NCBI RefSeq assembly: GCF_006345805.1
Contig: NC_042999.1
Location: 100,998,001-101,062,000 of the forward strand
Source: Octopus sinensis
Lineage: Eukaryota
Length of the DNA: 64,000 nt
Direction of reading: 5' to 3'
Shown: piece after piece, positions 54,721-64,000 of the stretch
How the letters are laid out: each line of letters starts with the position of its first letter
Position numbering within the stretch: position 1 is the stretch's first letter
Made by a program: the position numbers and the translations under genes
Notes under the pieces: model-generated
Told to the model about the DNA's origin: nothing
Seen by the model: only the letters and a program-made list of their open reading frames with translations
Databases searched by the model: none

Positions 54721-54808
54721 AGTGAACCCAAGTAGCAACACCAAATGGCGGTGCCCCAGCATGGCCACAGCTCATAAGCTGAAACTAGAATCAATCAATC
54801 AATCAATC
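51799..54808 (+). mobile_element. CR1-type LINE: near-complete ORF2, no ORF1 or 5' UTR, (AATC)n tail, inserted in (TA)n
   Basis: APE motifs (LNIRGL, LTETHL, GGVAMY, YRPP, GD(F)N, TLDLCF, SDH) and RT motifs (NYRPISLTS, QHGFRPGRSC, YLDFAKAFD, GVPQGTVLGP, SYADDTK). C-terminal LERRRERY is followed by a short 3' UTR and (AATC)5 at 54789-54808. Confidence 0.92.
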
Positions 54809-56940
<2,132 letters not shown>

Positions 56941-57330
56941 TGACAATTATGCTTTTATTTTTCAGTGACATGTACACTGGTTTCAAGCAGTAATTGGAAC
57001 CTTAATCACAAAGTTGACAGGTGTAAGTGATGAAGTTATGAGATTTAGTTATCATTAAGAATAAACTACACAAACCACTTTGAGAATTACAGGAGTTTGT
57101 GAAATGACAAAAAGCTGTTTCTCTCTTTTCCGAACTATAACTGTGATCATTGTTGAATTAAGAAACAGAAAAGTAAATTTTAAAAAAATAAAAATAAAAA
57201 AAACAAGGAAATAATCTTTACATCTGTTACAAAGTCACTGTGAAGCATATCATAAACAAAGAATGGAAGAAGATTTTGAGTTTTCAAAATGAATATTTTC
57301 TTCTCTAAACTCAGCTTCAAACTCCAACAT

Positions 57331-57645
57331 AGCTGTAAGAAAGAAGTTTGCTTTCCAACCACATGGTTCCAGGTTCAGTCCCACTTTGTGATAGCTTGGA
57401 CAACTGTCTTTTAATACAGCCTGGGCTGATCAAAGCCTTGTGAATGGATTTGGTATACAGAAACTGAAAGAAGACTCCCACATACTAGCCACTACACATT
57501 TTTTATTTTCTCTCCTTGTTTCTTTCTGTGGAAGAGCGTAGGCTCGAAACGTTAAAGACTTTTTCACTTCCTGAGCATTAAACTAATACATCTGTTTGTT
57601 ATCTACACCACCTGTCTTCGTCTTTTATTGTTTTGTGAATTCTCT

Positions 57646-57702
<57 letters not shown>

Positions 57703-58010
57703 AAGCAATGATGAGGAATAAATAAATATTAGATTTGTTAAAATATGGCACAAACATATTTTAACTGACCTAAAGTTCATAGGTATATAGAATGTGTGTG
57801 TGTGTGTCCCTGCGTCCACCACTGCTTGACAACCAGTGTTGGTTTGTTTACATTCCCCATAACTTAACAGTTCAGCAAAAGAGGTCAGAAGAATAAGAAA
57901 CAAACTTTAAAAAAACAAGCACTGGGGTTGATTTATTCTACTAAAACTCATTAAGGCAGTGTCCCAGCATGGCAACAGTCCACTGACTGAAACAGGTAAA
58001 AGATAAAAGA
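57331..58010 (+). mobile_element. Family-A SINE split by an insertion at its internal microsatellite
   Basis: 5' half at about 57331-57480 and 3' half at about 57790-58010, separated by an unrelated 57481-57648 segment and (TA)n. Confidence 0.75.
57521..57558 (+). ncRNA. Minimal type I hammerhead-like motif with non-canonical core
   Basis: UCUUU-CUGUGGA-A-GAGC GUAG GCUC-GAA-ACGU-U-AAAGA. Stem I is 5 bp, stem II is 4 bp with a tetraloop, and stem III is the palindrome ACGU. The core has U at position 6 and an extra A after A9. Confidence 0.5.
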
Positions 58011-59047
58011 TAACAAAAGATACATCCAAAGATTTCAAACTGCAAGTCTTCTCATTCAGTAGATTAGATTTACTCATAAATCAGGTGAGAGTAAGGAAAT
58101 TATTCAATTATTTAATTGTCAAGGAAAAGTGATCAAACAGAAGTTAATTGTTGTTCAAAATTTAATGAGACTGACTTTAATTGTTCATACTTGACCTCTA
58201 ATAATTGGGAGGAAATAGTTGCACTGAAGTTTTCAGTCAGGCTGAAAATCTATCTTTCATGATAGCTAAGTCAGTAAGGCAAATAGCTAAGAGGTTAGAC
58301 ATTTTGTATCTCACCATCACCACTGCATTGTGTCCATCACCTAGACAATTTTAAAACAATTGAGTTTAATGAGCTTAGTTCTGTAGAGAACAGCAACACT
58401 GCTATATGCAAAAATGTTGAAAACTTGAGTTAGGGCTAATTGAGAAAACTTTTGACCAAAGACATTCCAGCTATGATCATCTTATCTTTTTGTCAGATAT
58501 AGTGTATATAGGCTAATAGATCTGGAAATCTTCATAATCTAATGAGTTCTTCATTTTCTTTAGACATTACAATGTAATTTGAGGAACATTTACTTACTAT
58601 TTCTAACAGACTGAGTGATCATATAGAGCTTTCTATCTTTGTTCTGCGAATGGTTAGTTAGTTTGTAATACTGAATTCAACTCCATCACTGAGTATAGCA
58701 TGGATAGGGCTATTCTCTTCCAAGCTGAACTCTGCCAAGCCATGTATGTGCTTATATATATATAAACATGATGAGGAAATCTTCAAAAGTACACCAATAA
58801 AATTAATCAATGGGTTTTGGGAGAACAGAAATATAAAAAAAACCCAAAAAAACTCATAAGTGATAAAGCAAAGTGCTTCAGACAAGATGCCCACTAAGTC
58901 TGCTATAGACAAATTGAATAAGCAACAGAAGTACATCAATATTACAACCATGGAAAACAACCTAACAAAGTGGCACAAATTCATGAGATTGGCCAAAACC
59001 AATACTATGGATTTAGTTAATCAAAATAGAAAAGAACTATGAAACAT

Positions 59048-59207
59048 AGGCGCAGGAGTGGCTGTGTGGTAAGTAGCTTGCTTACCATGGTTCTGGGTTC
59101 AGTCCCACTGCATGGCATCTTGGGCAGGTGTCTTCTACTATAGCCTCGGGCCGACCAAAGCCTTGTGAGTGGATTTGGTAGACGGAAACTGAAAGAAGCC
59201 CGTCGTA

Positions 59208-59288
<81 letters not shown>

Positions 59289-59500
59289 ATGTTTGTGTGT
59301 CTGTGTTTGTCCCCCTAGCATTGCTTGACAACCGATGCTGGTGTGTTTACGTCCCCGTCACTTAGCGGTTCGGCAAAAGAGACCGATAGAATAAGTACTG
59401 GGCTTACAAAGAATAAGTCCCGGTGTCAAGTTGCTCAACTAAAGGCGGTGCTCCAGCATGGCCGCAGTCAACTGACTGAAACAAGTAAAAGAGTAAAGAG
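59048..59500 (+). mobile_element. Full-length, young family-A tRNA-headed SINE with 20-bp TSD
   Basis: Head ggcgcaggagtggctgtgtggtaag, intact tail, and a perfect duplication agaaaagaactatgaaacat at 59028-59047 and 59501-59520. Confidence 0.92.
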
Positions 59501-61992
59501 AGAAAAGAACTATGAAACATGTGGAATCTAAGATGTCAAGTAAGCATTCCGTTAAAAGTTTCTTAAAAATTTCTGAAAACTAAAAACTAAAAGTTGCCCT
59601 ATTTTATAAACTTATTAGTCCTCTGGATACATGAAAATATCATTAAATGTAAGTGATGTATTTAGAATCAAACACAAACTACTGAACATTAGAATAGTAA
59701 ATTACCTGGAGACAATTTTGTTATGATTAACATGCAGCATGTCCCTATTGTCAGTAAAGAAAAACAATATAGGCTATGCAATCTACTGATATAGGCATAT
59801 ACCAAACCTATAAACTTTGTTTCAACTTTGAATGCATGTAATGGCTTCCAGTAGTATGTTGTTAATATAATAATAATATGAATGATATGAAAATAATACC
59901 ATCCATTCATATTAAATTTACCAGCCAGAGAAAGAAGATAAAAGAAAAATTATATCATCATATTAAAGATATACTATAACCTGAAGATATTCTCTAATTT
60001 ATCTGAAATTTATCTGCAATTTATTATGAAACACAAAGAAAGAGTACCCCACTGTTCTTGTTTTGGGAAAAAGAATAGACAGACAATTGCTAATGTAGGA
60101 GGGGGAAGAAGAATTATAACATGACTTTCTGAAAAGAATAAATATTTACTATAAGCAAATAAGAAGAAAAAAATATGCTTTATTTTGTATGCAAATAAAA
60201 AATATATCAGTAAACAAATGTGTATAAATACACACACACACACACACACACAAATACACAAATGAATATTCTTTTAAAGTATATTTCCAGTAGCACTATG
60301 GCAAACCAAAAGATAATATTACTTAATATATCATATAAAGATTCATTGAATAACAGGTAATTTACACAGGAACAATAGCTATTGTTTTGTATAAGGAATA
60401 ACAGAATGTTGCAACTCCTTTGTTTTTCTTTTCTGTTCATTTTTTTTTTGTTTTTACTTTAACTTGAACTTACTGTATTACAAAAAAAAAAGCCTTTCTC
60501 CTACTCCATTCAATAATCAATATGAGACAATTCTTGCTTATCTTCCCTAATGCCATAGCAAACTTCATTTTGGTTCAATGAGAAGAGAAACTAATAAGAA
60601 ATATCAGTCCAACTGTGACAAAACACAGCCTGCGAGAAATTTTCTTGCCAAATTTCTTTCTCGCTAGTGCCAAATTGACAAATAACAATGTAGTTAGGTT
60701 TCTTTTTTTCTATATTTTAGCAAAAGACAATTTCATAACATGCACATGAGCACACACATATAATCCATGCATACATAAAGATACATTCATATGCCACTTA
60801 TTATAATCTCAGATAATGCTGTTAAATGGTTATTGCTATAAAAAAAATAGTGGTCTCAAACTCTATACTTAAAATGAATTAAAAAGTATCTGTTTATTGG
60901 AATCAAAGCTGTGCATGTTATCAAAATGTTTAAGCTGCTACAGAACCACTATCTTGCCTAAAATCACTACAGAGATCAAAGCGAAAGAATGCTTGCTATG
61001 GATGCATGGCAGATGTATGATTATAGTCATAGATGGTAGTTAAGGTAGTGAAAATGGTGACAGAATTGTATGTTGGTGCTGGGAAGAGATACAGGTGTGT
61101 TAAGTTGGTTGGTGTGGCTGAAAGTTACTGGTGTGTTAAGTTGGCAGGTGTTGATGAATCAAAGCTCTGGATATTAGTAACTAAATTTATAAGTAAATCG
61201 TATTCACTTATCACCTATTTTAAGATGTCATGCACGGGTGTGGCTAGGCAAAGGTATGCTATGTAGTAAGAAGTTTGCTTCCCAACCTAATGGTTCAACA
61301 TTCAGTCTCACTGTGATGCACTTTGAGCAAGTGTCTTCTATTATAGCCATAGGCCAACCAAAGCCTTATGACTGATACAAATAAAAGATATTTAATTTCA
61401 TCAATAATCTCTGTGGAAGATTGAGGTAAGTGCCAGGAAGAATGTGTCATGGTTTTATTTCTCCCATTGGATATGTGAGAGAGCCCAAGCAACAAAATAG
61501 TGATTTACATTTATCATCATGATGACTAAATATAAACAGTTATCTCACCAAAAAAAGTAATTAATAAATAAATAAACAAAAATATTGTTGGTTCTATGGT
61601 AAGTTACCAAAAAGTGCTACTGTTCATTTAGAATTTTCACAAACACTGCTGTGGAACATTTTAAAATAGGGGGTACCTGATACTGGAAAATCAGTACTTA
61701 TTAATGAGAATATGGATTGTAAGAGAGTACGATCTGGTAAAAATAGCCAACTTGAGTCAACATGGAATACTGATGCATCAAAAATCAAATAACTTTGCAA
61801 AAGAAACAGGTCAAGAAAATTTCGCAAAAACTGATGGATGATCTAAGAGATAGAAAAGGCAAGAGAGTATTCTGGTGAAAGGTGTTAAAGGTGAAGAAAA
61901 CAATGCCATTTTTGTTGATTTTTCTTTTTTCATCCCACTTTGTAAAGCAATTGGCATCAGGAAGGGTATCCAACCATAGAGACTATACATAT

Positions 61993-62220
61993 TTCTTTAC
62001 TACCCACAAGGGGCTAAACACAGAGAGGACAAACAAGGACAGATGAATGGATTAAGTCAATTACATTGACCCCAGTGTGTAACTAGTGCTTAATTTATCG
62101 ACTCCGAAAAGATGAAAGGTAAAGTCAACCTCGGAGGAATTTGAACTAAAAATGTAACGGCAGACGAAACACTGCAAAGCATTTTGCCCAGCATGCTAAC
62201 GTTTCTGCCAGCTTGCTGCC
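61993..62220 (-). mobile_element. tRNA-headed SINE, family C
   Basis: Colinear with 50701-50915, including the tail ccacaaggggctaaacacagag. Confidence 0.85.
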
Positions 62221-64000
62221 ACAGAGACTATACCACTACAGAAACTATGCCAAAACAGATATTGGAGCTCAATGCAGTCCTCTGGCTTGTTGATCCTATT
62301 AAACCAACCAACCTTAACCAGCATGGAAGACAGATATTAAATGATAGCACACACACACACACATGTATGCATGCATACATACATATATATGTATACATAC
62401 ATACACATATATATGCATGTATGTATTATATATATATATATCATCATCATCATCATTATTTAACATCTGTTTTCTTTGTGACACACACACATACACACAT
62501 ATAATGCATGTTTATAAAACATTAACATTTCTTTATGTCTCAGTCAACTGGGCTAGAAAATAAACATTAGTCACACTTCATGACAAAATTATGTGAATCT
62601 AAATTCAATGTCCATTTCTCATGCTTGTATAAGTTGAGGTAGTTTGTGGGATAGCTTCCCTCCAACCACTGTCTCTCTTTCTTACACTCTTTCTTACCAC
62701 ATTTTTATGAGGACTAACGCTGTCAGATCATTTATAACTATCTTTCCCTAGCCATCAAGTTGCCCAGAATATTCTTCAATTCAATTCGCATCATTCATTT
62801 TTTGCTTGTCTTAACCAGTAATCTTTAACATCTTAGATACTTGTTTGGAGTGTTTGCAGTCTTGTCACTCAAATTTTCCTAACATGTCTGCTGGCCACTT
62901 AGCCATTGCAAATGATACTGGTATTCCGTTTTTCATGTTCATAAGGTTAATTTCCATTGACATACAGTATCGTATTCTTGACACGTACATCATGCAAACC
63001 GTTCTCTATACAGCATGAAAAAAAAAAAAGAACAATTTTTAGTGAGTTCAAACTAAACCACTAAGCCATTTCTTTTTGTTACTCTTGTCATTGATTAGGT
63101 TACCAAGATACCAACACTTATCAACTACTTTCCATGAACAACCACAACATAGCATTTAAGTCAGAGCAGCTAAGTTGAATCAATGAATTCAGTACAGTTA
63201 CAGGATAAATTCATAGTCAGTTTCACTTATGATTACATGAATACAGTTGATGTAGTTTTCAGTTACCTTTTAGCATAACCATTCATTTATTACTGATTAA
63301 ATATAAAAATCTATTCTCTTAGCAATTGCATTGCCCTTACTTTACAGCTTTTAGTGGTTGATAGACAAGAGCTGTAAATGCTGACTTTTTTATATATAAT
63401 CCAATTTCACTGCATATTAGAATGGGAAATTTAAATTTAACGACTAGCAATCAGATAAGTTTGTGTCCATTAGAAGAGATGAATTCTGACATTTCAGACA
63501 GGAACTTTTCCTTGAAATGCTAGAATTTAATTCTCTTCACAGTGCAAAATTTATTTTTTATTCCTTTACTTGTTTCAGTCACTGAATTATAGCCATGTTG
63601 AGGCACTACTTTAAGGGGTTTAGTTGATTAAATCACCCCTAGTACTTATTTTTAAGTTTGGTACTCCTTCTATTTTCCATTTTATTTTAGTTACAGGGAT
63701 GCAAACAAACCACTACCAGTTGCAAGCAAGGAAACACATATATACACATATATGGCTGTTCCATATGGGACTACATTACTACCATTTTTTTTTTTACCCC
63801 AGGAGGACATCTCCTCCAGCTGGTTAACAACACAACCTGTGTCCGATATATTAAAAGCAGGGGAGTGAACCCTTACCATCTAAACATGACAAAACCAGGA
63901 GACTAGTCTGGTTCCAGGGTATTTCCCATTGTCAGTACTGGACACCTGTCAGATAGATATGTCAGGTGTTTGTCCTAGCTTGCATTATATAGAAAAATAA

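Noticed and set aside
58315-58340. Possible minus-strand microexon (ag|GTGATGGACACAATGCAGTGGTGATG|gt) reading DGHNAVVM, like TULP4 RGHNSEVV
   Set aside because: It is 26 nt and not frame-preserving. That motif belongs upstream of an exon that is absent from 19616-58315, so the order is inconsistent; likely chance.
59048-59120. SINE heads as tRNA genes
   Set aside because: A and B box-like motifs are present but there is no cloverleaf or anticodon arm, and they continue into SINE bodies.
62880-63015. CpG-containing stretch after a minus-strand polypyrimidine/AG as an exon
   Set aside because: No recognisable peptide in any frame and no good donor site.

Overview
Very AT-rich, microsatellite-dense eukaryotic DNA. 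The repeat families look like those of an octopod cephalopod; this is inferred from memory of the families, not from a search. The window appears to lie inside large introns of a minus-strand TULP4/Tusp gene. Two consecutive, phase-compatible WD40-region exons are visible (19444-19615 and 12197-12310), and I could not find the neighbouring exons in the window. The rest is repeat: a 5'-truncated Penelope-like element with a GIY-YIG fragment and an inverted terminal copy, a near-complete but frameshifted CR1-type ORF2 (APE+RT), an internally deleted Helitron with apparent native ends, many RTE 3' ends, several tRNA-headed SINE families, foldback/MITE-like palindromes, and a 2.1-kb (TA)n tract. 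The most interesting unexplained signal is a set of sequence-unrelated type I hammerhead-ribozyme folds (1.4 kb, 1.7 kb, 57.5 kb, weaker at 14.8 kb), each about 90-130 nt upstream of a (TA)n tract. Also notable are a LINE/SINE shared 3' stem-loop with compensatory changes, and a LINE whose frameshifts are mostly single-base losses in homopolymers, which may be assembly error. I found no convincing wholly new system, no CRISPR array and no intact rRNA or tRNA gene. Nearly all ORFs in the supplied track are microsatellite or repeat artefacts.
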